64,000 bases of DNA from Geosiphon pyriformis uo1 (Eukaryota > Fungi > Glomeromycota), in assembly GCA_016748015.1 (NCBI GenBank), contig JAAOMT010000586.1, positions 937,652 through 1,001,651 on the forward strand, given 5' to 3'. The translations under genes and the position numbers were made by a program. Positions 28,420-42,600 of this stretch are shown here, one piece after another. The notes below the pieces were generated by a model. It was not told the origin of the DNA, made no database searches, and worked only from the letters and a program-made list of their open reading frames with translations. Numbering within the stretch: position 1 is the stretch's first letter; the number at the start of each line of letters is the position of its first letter.

Positions 28420-31400
28420 TTTATTTTTTGCTTTATTGAATATAGTTTTTTTTTGCAATTTACAATAATATTCATGCAATTTATGTTTTTATTATATGTG
28501 ACTAACCACTTAAGCTAGACAAAACAATATTACATATCTATACAAATCTTGATTTTACTATTTAGACCAGAAAAAAAATATAAAGTATACCTATTAAAAC
28601 TAAGATTCAATAACACTTAGCAAATAAACTATATTATTAAACAACCCAGTTATTAATTCATATAGCAAACCAAGAATTAAGTCATTATTTTCATCCAAAA
28701 CAGCCTTTTTTAAGTTTGCTTTAAATTTTAACCTAATTATTTAAATTCTTAAATAATACAACTTTATTAAATATTCAACAAATTTTACTATAGTTAAAAC
28801 ATCTATTTTTTTATTTTTAGTTAACAAAAAAATATTTAAATATCTGTGTACTTTACCCTTTTCAACAATTAAAATTAGCAAGCTATTAATCTTTAAAAAA
28901 ATTGTCTTAATATCTTGATTAATAGAAATGATCACTATTTTTTTATTGTTGATTAAAATATTATTAATTCTAAAGAATTTACTAATAATACTTAAAATAT
29001 ACTAAATAAACATCTAATAATTCTCTATTCAAATAGTGTTATTAACAAAAGCACTTACAGCAAAAAATAATGTTATTTTTTTACTGTTTTTTATTATGTC
29101 TGTTTTAATTACAAACTTAGTGTCAACTTAATAACTACATAAATATTTGTGTCTCTTAATCTTATATATAAAAAATTATAAAAAATTCTTTAAAAAAACA
29201 GTAAAAAAACTTTATTTTAATCAAATTTATCATATACTTTGTATTTTTTTAAGAATCTAAAATCTGTTATAATTTTATTAATTCTGTTTTTATATATACA
29301 TTTAAAAACTTAATAAACCAATTATATATTTTAATATATTGTAAATTAGTCTTAAATAATACCACTTAATTAAGTTATATGTTTTGTGCACTTTTTATAA
29401 AACTAATTAAAGCTTTCTGTTTTTTTCCAGAATATTTTCAATAATTAAGTTAATAGCAAATACAGAAAACTAAGTCAAAATATCTTTTAAGACAGAAAAT
29501 TATCTTTATAGAGAACATTAAACTTACTATAAACCAATAAAATCCAATCTAAAAAGATTTTAGACAATATTTTTTTAACTATTTTAATTAAAGCAATAGA
29601 TTAGATATTTGTCAAAATACTATTTTAATTATAAAATTTAAAAATTATTAAAACTTATACTTTTTTCTAAAAAACAAAAACATTATTAAGAACCAAACAA
29701 GAATTTAGCAAATTCAAAAAATATTTTTTAATTATCTTATTATAATATTTCTAAAATTCATTAGTTATATTAAAGAAATTAACAGCTTTGTTATTAAACA
29801 AACTATTAATTACCAAAATCAAAAAATATACTGTTATTTACATAATTCAAGAAAGCATATTAACAAGTTTACAAATTAAACAGCTTTAAAAGAATAATAT
29901 ACTTCTTTATTATTCTTTTATAATCTTATTAATAATATGTTTTATTCTATTAGGCTCTAAAACCAATTTATTTTTAGTTACTAAGTAATTTAAAACTATC
30001 TTATAAAAAAACTATTCTAAGACATTTTTTATTATGTGCTTTTTGTTAATGCAAAAATTTTCCATGTATTTTTTAATTACTTTTTTAACAGATGTATTTT
30101 TGGTTGTTTTTGACTTATTATATTTAAATTTTCTGTGTTTTTTCTTAACTATTAATAAATATTTGAAAATATTTATTGTTTTTGTACTATTTTACAACAT
30201 ATTATTGGCTTTAAAAGTTTTTTTACTATTAATAGTTGCTCATTTTTTAATAAGATAATTAAATTTAAGTTTATTACTTAAATTTTAACTTTTTACAATT
30301 TTGGTAACCAGTAATTCCAACCTAAAAACCTTAATAACTATTTGTTTTTTAAACAATTAAATTCACTATATTAATATCTAGAAAAAAATTTATTAGCTAA
30401 GTCTATTATTATTCTTTTTAGCATTTTTCATATTGTATTTAAATTATCCAGATATTTTGTGTTTACAAACTTATATATTTTTATTAAAAGCTTTATAGTT
30501 AAATATTTTTTAAAACATATCTATTTATTATTTTCTGTATTTTTGATTTTAAACTTCTAATAATTCTTATTTGCTTGCTTACAAATACCATTTAGACAAA
30601 TATTTAACAGACTTTTCAAATTAACCAAAACTATAATTACTTTGTAATCAATATTAAAATAGCCAGATACCAAATTAATTTCATAATTTACAGCTGTAAT
30701 TAACAAGCTATTACTTACAAAAACATAATCAATAATCTTTTTTACTTTTTTAAAATTGCTTTAGATAGAAGTTTTAACTAAAAAATATCTATTAAATAAA
30801 TTAACCAAACCTAAATCCAAGCAAAACTTGAAATTCATATTTTTCTTAGACCTATTTTTATTAAAATTTCCATCCAAGATTACAAAAGTGGTAAAATTGA
30901 CTGTCTTAATAATAAAAAAATTGATTTTTAATACTTAATTAAATTTAGTTTTAGTAAAAGTACCAACATATAAATTCAAAACTATGATTAAAAGTTTATT
31001 TTTAAACAAAAATCATACTAAAATAATTTAATCAAGAATTTTTTTTACTTTTAAAACATATTAAATTAAAAAACTGTTTATAACAATTATTATAGTAGTA
31101 CTAAGAAAACTTTTGTCCAAACTAAATATGAAAATTTAAATTCTATTAAATTTATTTATAATCTATAGTTTTATATTAAATCTTAATTTTGTTTTTATAA
31201 TAATAAAAATTATATTGCCTAAATCTATATGCCAACAAACAATATTTTTTTGCTTGATAGAGACATTGAAACTCTTAATATTATATGTAACAATTTTTTA
31301 AATTAAGTTAATTATTAGTAAAAATAGATATTAAGACTTAAATCAATATTATTTATTTTGGCCAATAAGTCCAAAACTATATTTGTCAAACTGTTTATGT

Positions 31401-33170
31401 TTATCTTCAACTTAATAAAATTCAATAATAACAGAAAATTTTTTATCATTACAGTTTTGTTGTTAGTAATTATATTTAAATCTTTACTTATTACTATGTT
31501 TGTTTTTTGATTTTATAATAAAAAGATCACTAATAGTTAATATTTAAAGCATAAATAAAAAATTATTAGTTTAAATACATACAACTTTTTTGTCAATCTA
31601 TTAATTTGTTTCACAAAATTAGTGAAACTGTATTTTAAAACTATAAATTTGTTATTAATATTCAATATAGTTAACAAAAAAGGCTTCATTACTAAAAAAA
31701 AGCCAACTTTTAACAAATTATATTGTTTAAAAGGAGAAAAAAATAAAAAATCATTAATAATTTATGTCTATGTTTTATTATAAAAAAAACTGGACATACA
31801 ATAAAAGTCTGTTTTTTTTATATATATTAACTAATTGTATCTAATTTTAAAAAATAACCAGCTTTTTATTACAACTACTAAAATTTTTACCAGATAAACA
31901 TATATTAGATACATAACTAAATTGTTTATATTAAGTACAAACAGCCAATAATAAGCCAGTTTAATGCAAATTTACATTTTTAAAAACCAGATTAGAATTA
32001 ATAATAGTTTTTTTTGACTTTTTATTACCAAAATAAACAACAACATATCTGTTATACATATATAAACCTAAGTTGTAATTAATAAACAAATTTTTTTACC
32101 ATAAAATGTTAATAAATTAGAAAATTATGAATATTTGTATTAATCAATAATGTATATAACAAAGCTTGATAATAATTTTTAGACACTTATATTTGTTTAT
32201 TTTTAATAGCTTTAGTCACATAAACAAAATTTTTTCTTATAAGTATTAACTACTTAAATACAACCAAATTAACAATTTTAGATAATTTAAATTTAACTAA
32301 AACTTTTTGTTATAAACCAATAAACTGTATTTTGATCGTTAAAATCTTGTCAAATTTAAAAAAAATTAACTTTATAGTCAATTTAAAAAAATTTACAGAA
32401 ATCTTCTTAATTATTATTTTTTAATCTGTATAACTACTTATTTTTCTATTATTATTAACCAAATTTTTTTATTAATTGCCATATTCTTAGTTTTTTTAAG
32501 CTTAATTTAAATGTAAATAACCTAATAATTTCTAGAATTTTTTTTATTACTACTAACTTATTATTATTAGTTTTATTAAATACAGTAAACAACTTAATAT
32601 TTAATATAAAAAATTTAATTGGCTTAAAATTTTTTTTTAAAACATGTAACTTAACTGTTAATAAACATTTAATATTAAAAAACTTAGAATTTAAAAGTGT
32701 TAAAATGTTATTATTATTATTATTCAAATTACCAAAAAACATTTTTTTTAGATAGTCATTTAAGATATATGTTTTAATATATATGTTTTAATATATATAT
32801 TTTTTAATATAGTATAATTTATTATATTATTAACTTTTAAGATATTTAAATCTATATAGTTAGTTTCTTTTATAATTGTATTTTTTATATTTTTTAAGTC
32901 TAAAATTTCATTAATACTGCTTATTTTATTGTTTATTTTACTTCTTTAAAATCTTATAAGTTTAATATTATCAGTTTTTATATTTATAAAACTCAGAAAA
33001 CCAATAAATAACTTAACTAAATTGCTAATAATAATAGATTTTTTTGGTTTTTTATATAATGCTTTATGTAAGTAAGCATTTTTTAAACATTTATTCTTGA
33101 CTCCAGATTGAATTTTTATTATTTATATATAAAAAAAAGAATAATTACATATTAATAATTATAATTAATA
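28420..33170 (-). mobile_element. Heavily decayed, internally deleted LINE copy
   Basis: The ORF2 start I*KIVTYNIKSFNVSIKQKNIVCWH at ~31300 matches IWKIATCNIRGMNNPAKQEDIFHWH of the intact copy. RT segments KNILEKNRKL*LVL*KVHKTYN and FFAVSAFVNNTI are present, and the 3' UTR motif lies at 28495-28535. Confidence 0.85.
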
Positions 33171-33199
33171 TACAAAAAAAGTATTTTATTATATATAGA

Positions 33200-35600
33200 T
33201 ATAAAAAAACTTAACAAGTCAAATAGTTGAATTTATAAAAAATATTATTTATATTTTTAGGTTTTTAATTTAATTTTACAATTAGTTAATATTTAATAAA
33301 TTAATTAAGAAAAATTTAATTAATATATTATTTTTAAATTAGCCAATTAAACATAATTATATATGTTAATTATATATAAGTAATCAAATTATTTTACAAA
33401 AAATTTAAAAATATGATATTATTTAATATTAATTTATTTTTTAAGTATTAATTATTAATAGCTTTATATTATTATATATATATTTATAAAAAATATATTT
33501 ATATAACAATAAATATTAATTTTAAAAATAATAATAATCAAAATAAATAAATTATAATATAATTTTGTCTTTTATTAATTTATTTATTATTGTAAAAGTA
33601 TTTTAAATAAGCATTTATTATAAAAAAAAAATCTTATAAATTTTTTTAAGAATTTTATTTTTATATTATAAATAAATTTTTTTAATAAAAATTAAAAACA
33701 ATACATTTGAAATTAATTTGTTTTTTAATATTAAAAGCAATAATTTTATAAGTATATTTAAATAAAATTAAACAATATAAAAGTTAAAATAAAATTAATA
33801 ATATAAAATAAAATAATATAAAAATAATAATACAAAAAAAATTATTAATTAATTTATATAAATAAATTATTATTTTTTTAAGTTTACTGTAATAAAATTT
33901 AAAAAAATTTGTGAAAAAAATTTGAAAAAAAAGAAGTAAATATTGACGTACTTAAAAATTTTATTGGTAAATATTTTTTATATGGTTTTTTTTAATATAT
34001 ATAAATAACAAAAATTAATAATATTTTAAAATAATTATTTACAATTAATTTTTGTTTTTTTATGCATTATTAAAACCATAGTTTTATAGGTTTTTTTATC
34101 ATAAATTTTTGATATTTATATATATATAATATAGATAATACAAAACCAAAAAAAGTTTGTTTAATACTTTTTGTTTTAACACTATTTTAATTTAAAAAAA
34201 TATCAAAAAATTCATCAAAAATATATTTTTTAATAATTTATAATACTTGAATAATAATTTTTTTATTTTTATTGTTTATTAATATTTATATTTATCCTAA
34301 ATATATAATATAAAAAACACTTTTATAATCAGAACATTAATTATATTTATTTAATAATTAATTTATATATACTATTTTAAATTTTTTAACAAATAAATTA
34401 TTTTATAATAACCAAATTTCTAAAAATATTTAATATTAAAATATTATTAATAAACTAAAATATAATAAAAAAAATTAGTAATAAAAAAAATATTATTATT
34501 TAAAAATAATTTATACAGAATAATATAATAAATTTTTATATGTTTAATTTAAAATTTGTAAATTTAAAAACTAATATTAGAATAATTTGCCAAAAATATT
34601 ATTAGTATTAACAAAAATTATTATTGAAATCACTTAAAAAATTTTAAGTTATATAAAAATAAATAATATAAAGTTTTAATTAAAAAGTTTTTTAACAAAT
34701 TAGTTTTAGATTTTAAATTTTTTTAAATTAAAATATTCTAATTAATACAAATATTTTTAAACTATAATTTATAACTAATAATAAACTATAAAACTATTAA
34801 AAAACTATTTATCTAAAATTGTTTATTTTAAAATTATATTTACAAAAAAATTAATATAAAAATATAACTTAATCAAATTAAACTTAAACAAATTATTTTT
34901 AAACAAAAAAATATTTTTAATTTTTTAATTAATAAAAATAATCACAATTTTATTATTATTAATATATTATTAATTTAAAAAAATTAGCTTATAATATTCA
35001 AAATATATTGAATAACAACTTTAATTTAAATAGTATTATTAATAAATATATTAATTATTAAATAAAATATTAAACTAATTATAACTTTAATTTATTAGTT
35101 TAATAATTAACTTAATATTAATTTTATAATTATGTAAATTTTTATATTATTTTATTTTATACAAAAAAAATAAAAAAATTTTCAAAATAATAATAAGAAA
35201 ATTTTATTTTAATTTGGATTATTATTAAGTATTTTATGGTTTTTATAAATATTTAAACTTTTTTATAATTTAAAAATATATTTATATAATAAATACAAAT
35301 TTAATAGCTTTAAAACAAATTTATTGTAATATTTTCAAAGTTTATTAACAATATTAAACAAATTAACAGTTTTTTAATTTGAAAATTTTTTAATTATATT
35401 AAATAATTTATTAATTATTATTATTATATTAAAAAAATATTTAACATAATATGCTTTTTTGTTTAGTGTTTTTTAATATTATTTACTTTAAACTTAATCT
35501 TATTAAAATTTAAAATTATATTGCTATTTATAATAAGATAATTTAAAAATATTTTTAAAATAAATTTTTAAAACATTTTAAATTATATAATTTTTATTAA
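33200..35600. repeat. Extremely AT-rich tract (terminally decayed repeat DNA)
   Basis: Very few G or C; for example, line 33781 has 2 G/C in 60 nt. No recoverable reading frame. Confidence 0.6.
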
Positions 35601-37110
35601 TAACAAAACTTATTTATGAAAAATAATGCTTTTTTAAAAGTCAAGTCTGCTGTTGTTCTTGAGTTATCTGTACTGAATGTCTTAGAATCTAAGAAGTTTT
35701 CTGATGTTTATAATAGTTTACTAAAGATCTGGTCTAATTGTATTGAAATCTACACAGATAAATCTTTAAAAAACATTAGTTTTACTGAAGTAATAAGTGA
35801 GATAACTGTTTATTTTCTAGCTATAGATGTGAATATTAAGGTTAGAGTGTATAAACTTTTGTCTTCTACTTTAACTGATTTACAAGCTATTGTTTTAGTT
35901 TTAAAGTGTATTTTATTTTTATGTACTGTAATTTTGTATTTAAACAGTCAATCTGCTATTAATGCTTGTGTGTCTAAGACTTCTTTTATAATGCATGACT
36001 TTTACAATCAATGTTGAATTAAAAAATTACATATAGCCAATTTTATTAAGAATAAAAATATTTTGGTTAAGTAGATGAAAGTTAAAAAATATTCAGGAAT
36101 TCTGGGCAATGTTAAGACTAATATATTGGCTAGTGAGACCACTTTTTTTTTTGTTAGTTGGAATTTGGAAATAATTTTGGTTGTTAAGAATACTACTGTG
36201 TTTGGTAATATTTGTTATTTTGTTTATAATCTGTACTAATCAATTTGTCATGTTTGTTGAAAAGCTAGTCTTGATTATAATATAATTTTGAGTGTTATAA
36301 TTAAAGAGATAGATTGGACTACTACTATAAATATTTGGCATCCTAACTTGCATATGCTCTTTGGATTTACTAATAAGAAATTAGCTAATCTGTACATATA
36401 TATAATAAAAACAGTATATAGATAACTATTAGTAACAGTTAGAAAGAGATTATATAACAAGTTGTCTGACCATGTTTTTACTTGTTTTAATAATATTAGT
36501 CTCTGTGGGAACATTTTGGCTAAAGTTATTAAAAAATGAATATTATTAACAAGTCTTTTTTGTTTACTTACTTCTGTTGTTTTGTATTTATTTTTAATGT
36601 GTTCTTCAAATATGGATTTGTTTATTGTAATTTGCAAAAATTTTGTGTTGAAAGTTTGGTATATTAAGACTGTTTTGGTTTTTAAAAAAAAAGAAAAAAC
36701 AGTTCTGATTCTTGTCAAATACATTAGATTTGTGGTAGAATTGTATTACACTAAAGTATGGCTTATCAAATCCAAACATAGAGTGAATATAGAAAAAGCT
36801 GGTTTGGTCAAAAATAATAGTTTGGTTTTAGGCTTGTCTTGCTGTATAGTATTTATGCTGTCAAATAAGATAATTTATATGCTTGGTATTATAGAATTTT
36901 TTGTTGTTAGTTTTGGTAAATGCAAATTGTGTTATTTTTTTTCCAGTTTAGGTGGTAATGTATTTATTAACATAAACATATAATGTTGTTTTGACTGGCT
37001 TGACTGGCTGGTTATATATAACAAGTATGTAAGCTATATTTAGTTTGATTTACTTGGTTTGGTTTTATATATTAGATAGCAGTTGGATTTCATTTATAAA
37101 ATTTTTTTAA
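35600..37110 (+). mobile_element. Decayed LINE copy: RNase H, C-terminal zinc knuckle, 3' UTR and A-tail
   Basis: IEIYTDKSLKN...TDLQAIVLVLKC...YLNSQSAINAC, KSKHRVNIEKAGLV and the 3' UTR motif at ~36990 are colinear with 43070-44480. Confidence 0.85.
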
Positions 37111-37816
37111 AAAAAAAAATAACAAAACTTTTTATATATTTAAAAACAGCAAAATTTTTTATTTTAAATAAATATTATTAATATTAAAATTTATATTTAT
37201 TAAACTTTAAACAACTAAAGTTTTAAAAATTAAAAGTTTTAACTTAAAATACTTAGATAATTTTTTAATTATAAAATTATGTTTTAGTAAAAATTTTATT
37301 AATTAAATAATACATATTATTATAAATAAAATTTTACATTATATTTGAATTTTTATTTTGTTTAAAATTATTAAAATTATTAGTTAAATCAATTACTTTT
37401 AATAAAAAAATATTTTTAAAATAAATTTATTTAATATTATTTGTAATTTTAAAATTTTATTTTTATTTATTTTTATTTGTCTATTTTTATAAAAAAATCA
37501 ATTATATATTTAATAAATTATTTAAGTTTACTAAATAAAAACAGCTTAATAATTAATATTAAAATATTTATTTATATTTAAAACTTTATAAACAGTTATA
37601 ATATTAATAAAATTTACAAAAACAAAAATATAATTAATTATTTTTTTTATATTTTTTTAAATTATAATGGTAAAAAAAAACTTCTTTCTCTCTTTCATCC
37701 CAAATTTCTAAAAAAGAGTCAAATTTTGAAAGAAGTTTTTTCTGTTCTGTTTTTGCATACTGTCTTCCACTATTTCACAAGAATCAAACTCTTTTGTTGT
37801 TGAACCGACTGCTACT

Positions 37817-39677
37817 ATGAGTGGTTTTAGTGCTAAGAGAAGGTTTGCCAGAGTCTCGACCACTGGTTCAGTTGGTGGTGGTTCAACTCAAAAAATCAAA
37901 GTCTTTCAGTAGTATTAAACTTTCAAGTGTGGATAAGAATCTCAAAGATGATGGGCCTGTTAGTGTGGATGGGCAATTTGCTAGCATGGTTATAGATGGA
38001 AAAGCCTCTGATGGTAGAGCCGCTTCTGACTCCCAAATGAATACACCCAATATGAAGTGTTTCAATACTGGTGCGGCTATTGGTTCCCCTATCGGCTCTA
38101 TTAATTATGACATAGATGATGAGAAGGAAGGTTCTCTTCCTCCCCATTTGTCTTTCTCTTTAGAAAAGGTGTGGGTGGACTTCAAAATTGTTAAGTCTCA
38201 AGTGAAAGTTGCTGTGAAGAAATTATTTGCTTTGGACATCAATTTATCTGATGTGGAGAGGAAATTGGCGACAGCCAAGACTCAGGTTATTAGAAAATTG
38301 TTTTTGACAATCAATGGTTTTGGAAGGGCCACTACCTTCTCAAAATTTAAAGAGATCATCCGATTGACATTTACTTCATCAAAAAGCATAGAAAAGACCA
38401 CATTATTGGCCAGAAAAAATAACATTATTGTAAACAGCGATCTTAAAAGACAGGAAATTTGCTTAGATTAGGCCATAGTAATCAAGAAAATTCCCATAAA
38501 TATGCCAAAGGAAATGATTGTTGCCGTAGTATCCGAGTTTGGAGAAATCAAGTTGATCAAAATCCAATTAATTGGTTTATGGCAAAAGGCTGTAGTGGAA
38601 TTTGCTGAACTGAAATAGGCTGTGTCTCTGGCTAATAAGTGGTCCTTCCTGATTGGTAAAGACTCGGTTTGTGTGGCTATGGCGGTGAGTGATCGTGAAA
38701 CTTGGGCATCTAGAGATCAGTTCAGAGTGCTTTTGTTTACTTTGCTGATGGGAACTACTGCTCATAATCTTGGGGATCTTCTTGAAAGGGCTGGTGAAAA
38801 AACTTGTGTCATAAATTGGTTATTAGAGACTGATAATAGAGTTCACTGTGCTGTTGTTTGTTTTGATTCTGATGAGGTTTTGGAGTCAGCTTTTTGCACA
38901 GAGCCAATCTTTGGTGGTGTGAAACTCTTATAGGCTAGGCTGAATTTGGTTTGCTGTGAATGGTGTGGGAAGTTTGGTTATTCTGCCTTGGAATGTGATG
39001 CTGAGGTTGTGTCAGCTCTCAAATCTTTAAAGTTTTTTATAAGGCTTGCCAACCTAGATACTCGTCTCCAGTTGGCCAAATTGTATGCAAAAAAAAATGT
39101 ACCAATCTCTTGTCCTGTTGCATTTGGTGGCAAATTTTGGGCTCAAGTGGTCTCAGTTGCTTTAGTCTCTCATGGTTTTCGTGCTGGTTCTGGTTTTAGT
39201 TCCTCGTCTTCCGGTGCTTTAAGTTTGGGTGGGGCACCTCCTCTTTTACCTGTGGTCAATTCTCCTTTGAGTGCTCGCTTAGTGCTTCTGGAACGCTCTG
39301 TGGAGCTTTTGTCTGAACAAATTTCGAACATTCTTTCTCGTCTTGACAATATTGGTTTAGCACTCTTGGTGTCGTCCTCTCAAATGGCTCTTTCTGTGGT
39401 TGTTTCTCAGTTCCCAATCTCTGTTCTTCTTGTGGTTGTGAACTCCGACTTGGATTTTAACATGGCAGTTGATGATCTTTTTGTCCAGCCTACTTTTTTC
39501 TCTCTGGGTGTTACCGATTTGCTCTTAGGTCTGAGTAGTTCCAAAGTTCTGACTTCCAAAGTTGGTGGTCTGGAATCGAAGTTGGTTGCCTTCGACATCT
39601 TTGTTGGTTCAATTTTGGCTAAGTTGGATCAGTTGTGTGCTGACTCAGGTTCTTCGGTTATCTTTTCATCACAATGA
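37817..39677 (+). pseudogene. LINE ORF1 (RRM-like domains, CCHC-type knuckle, coiled coil)
   Basis: VIKKIPINMPKEMIVAVVSEFGEIK, CEWCGKFGYSALEC and LERSVELLSEQISNILSRLD. One frameshift and several TAG stops. Confidence 0.85.
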
Positions 39678-42600
39678 CCAGTTTTATTTGGAAAATTGCC
39701 ACGTGTAATATTAGGGGAATGAACAATCCTGCAAAACAGGAAGACATTTTTCACTGGCATAAGGAATCTGGTAGTTTGATCTCGATTGTTACAAAAACCA
39801 AGTTGTGTTCCAGTTTACAACCATAGATCATGAAAAGGTTTGAGGATGTTCAGGTTTTTATGTCTGGTCTGGATGTTGGGTTTTGTGGGGCTGGTGTGGT
39901 CATTTTTGTGAACAATTCTTTGGCTCGTCATGTTTCCAAAGTCGAGGAGATGAAGGGCAGAGTTTTTTCAATTTGTCTTTTGTTCAAAAACAAGCTTTCT
40001 GTGTCTATTATTGGGCTTTATGCCTGTGCGTCTGGTGGTGACCGTTTTGCTCAGGCTTCTGTTATTAATTTATTTATTGCTGATACTGTTAACAAAAGTT
40101 CTTTTGTTGTTTTGGGTGGGGACTTTAATAAAGACAATTCAGTCAAGGGGGTGAGTCTTAGAAAATGTTTAGGTTTGGGTCTAGTTAATGTTTTTGGTGG
40201 CCACTCTCTAGCTAGGATTTCTACTTGGAGCAATTCAAGAAGTGTTAGCAAGATTTTGGACTACATTCTAATTAGTGACTCTTTGATTTCAGCTGTTGTG
40301 AATTGTGATGTTAGTTCTGTCTTGGAATTTTTTGACATGGATTACTTGGCTGTCTCAATGTCTATTGGGCTGGGTGGTCTTTTGGATGCTCATTTGAACA
40401 GCATTCACAAGTACGCTAATAAGGATTGCTGGAAGTTTAAGATTAAAAATGCTGATGAGAAAAAGTGGGTGCATTTTAAAAAACTTTCTGAGTGTGCACT
40501 TTTGGATTCTCTAAATAGGTTCAAGACGGCTGAGAATGGTGGCAACTTGGATGAAATGTGGGGAGTGCTAGCTGAAGCCATGACTGCTTCTGCTGAAAAA
40601 AATTTTTCAAGATATTGGTATAATGAATTTGATTGTACTAAGAATAGACTTTCTTTTAAGTTTTCTAGATTAGAGCTGTTGGTTACTAAATTATTAAAAG
40701 TGTTGAGACTGGATGATATGTTGGGCTTTAATTGTCTGGCTAACACTTGGTTCAAAGTTGACCCTTCCGAAGCTTTCAAAGTTCTTGGTATGGTCAGGGA
40801 TAGTGTGGATTCTGCTGGCTTGATAAGTCATCTTTCAAAGGTTAGAAAGCAATATAGAAAGTCCAAATATTATGAATCTGAAGTGGCCAAAAGATCTGCT
40901 ATCAGAGACGCGATTGATAAGCGTATGGAAAAGTTTGATACAAACAAAAGTGGGATGATTCGGAGCATCTTGGAGCAGCCCTTTTGCAAAGTTGTTCTAG
41001 ACCATTTGGTTGTTGGTAATTCTCTTATTTTGGAACCTAATAAAGTGAAGCTCAAAGTGGATGACATCATGGTTAATTGGACCAGAAAGCAGAATGCTCT
41101 TCCTGTCCTGTCTGGTCCCTGGGCACAACAATATGCCCCTTTGGCTTATGTTAATGATGATGCCTTTAGTCTAGTCATGTGTGATATTACCATGTGTGAG
41201 ATGTCTTTAGTTATAAGCAATCTTCCTGATGACAAAGCTGCTGATTTGTCTGATATTACCAATGAACTTTGAAAACATGCTAGCTGTTTGGTTTTGGAGT
41301 GTTTGTTGTCCTTGCTAAACTCTTATTTGCATTTTGGTAATGTTCTGGTCCATTAGAAGAAGGCCTGGGTGTTCATGATTCCTAAGCCTTATAATTGGAA
41401 TGGCATTTTGTCGAATACACAGCCTATTGCATTGATTAAGATGGCCAAAAAGATTCTGTCAAAAGTTCTATCAGACAGGATCTCTCTTGCTTGTAGTAAG
41501 TTTAATGTTCTTTGTGGTAACAACTTTTCTATCTTCAAAAGCACTTCCACTCAGTCACCAATTTCAGCTGTGGGTTCAATTGTGGAGAATGCTTTGGAAA
41601 AAAGCCATGAACTTTGGCTGGTTCTTCAAGACATGCACAAAGCATATGACTCTGTTGGTTGGCCTCATTTGGAAGCTAGTTTATGCCATATCAAAATGTG
41701 TGGCAAGTTCATCAAGTTTTTTGGCAATATTTACAACAATCGCTTCAACAGAGTTATGACAGATTTTGGCCTTTCTGATGGATACAAAGTTCTTGATAGT
41801 TTGAATCAAAGTGAAGTTTTTTCACCTCTTCTATGAAGAATTTTTTATGACCCCTTGTTATGTGAAGTTGTAAGACAAAATCATTTGTGTAGTTATTGGA
41901 TCAATTCGAACTTTATGACAAAGACTGGAAGAATTAAGACTAGTGAAGGTATAACTTCTTTTTTTGCAACTGGTGTCTTTGTTGATGACACTATTTGGGT
42001 GGGAAATGGGCAAGCTTCTATACAGCACATTTTTAATGTGGCCAATGAGTTTTTCCTCATCAATGACATTAACATAAACAGCAAGAAGACAGTTGCCATT
42101 CCTATTAACAAAAAAATGGGAGTTCCTGTTTTATCCATCAATGGCCAGACTATCACTGTTGCCAATCCTGGTGTGAGTCATTGATATTTGGGTATTTTTT
42201 TGTCCACCAATGGTTTGTCTAAGCCGAGTCTTGCCAAAGCCAATTCAGATATTAGGTTCTTCTCAAATATGGTTCTCTGGAAGGCTGTCTCTGATAAACA
42301 ATTTTCTTATCTGGTTTCAGCTGTTTTGCAGCTCATAGTTAGTTATCGAACACAGTTTAGTTTTGTTTCCAAAGCTGTTTGTCTAAAATAGGACATTCTA
42401 ATTAGAAAAAGTCTTAAGTCAAAAGCCAATTTGCCGAGAGACTTTCCTAATGAGGCATTGCACCACCCCTTTCTTTATGGACTGAAATCTTTTGAACAGT
42501 TGCAAGCTGAATGCAAGATAGCTTTTATTGTGCAATTTGTGAATTTTTCTGGAATTTTTGGCTGACTGTTTGAATATTGATTTTTGGATTTGCAGGTTTT

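Noticed and set aside
30034-32742. Short F/L/I/K/N-rich ORFs in AT-rich blocks, read as membrane proteins or mitochondrial insertions
   Set aside because: They are compositional by-products of decayed LINE sequence, with no mitochondrial gene motifs.
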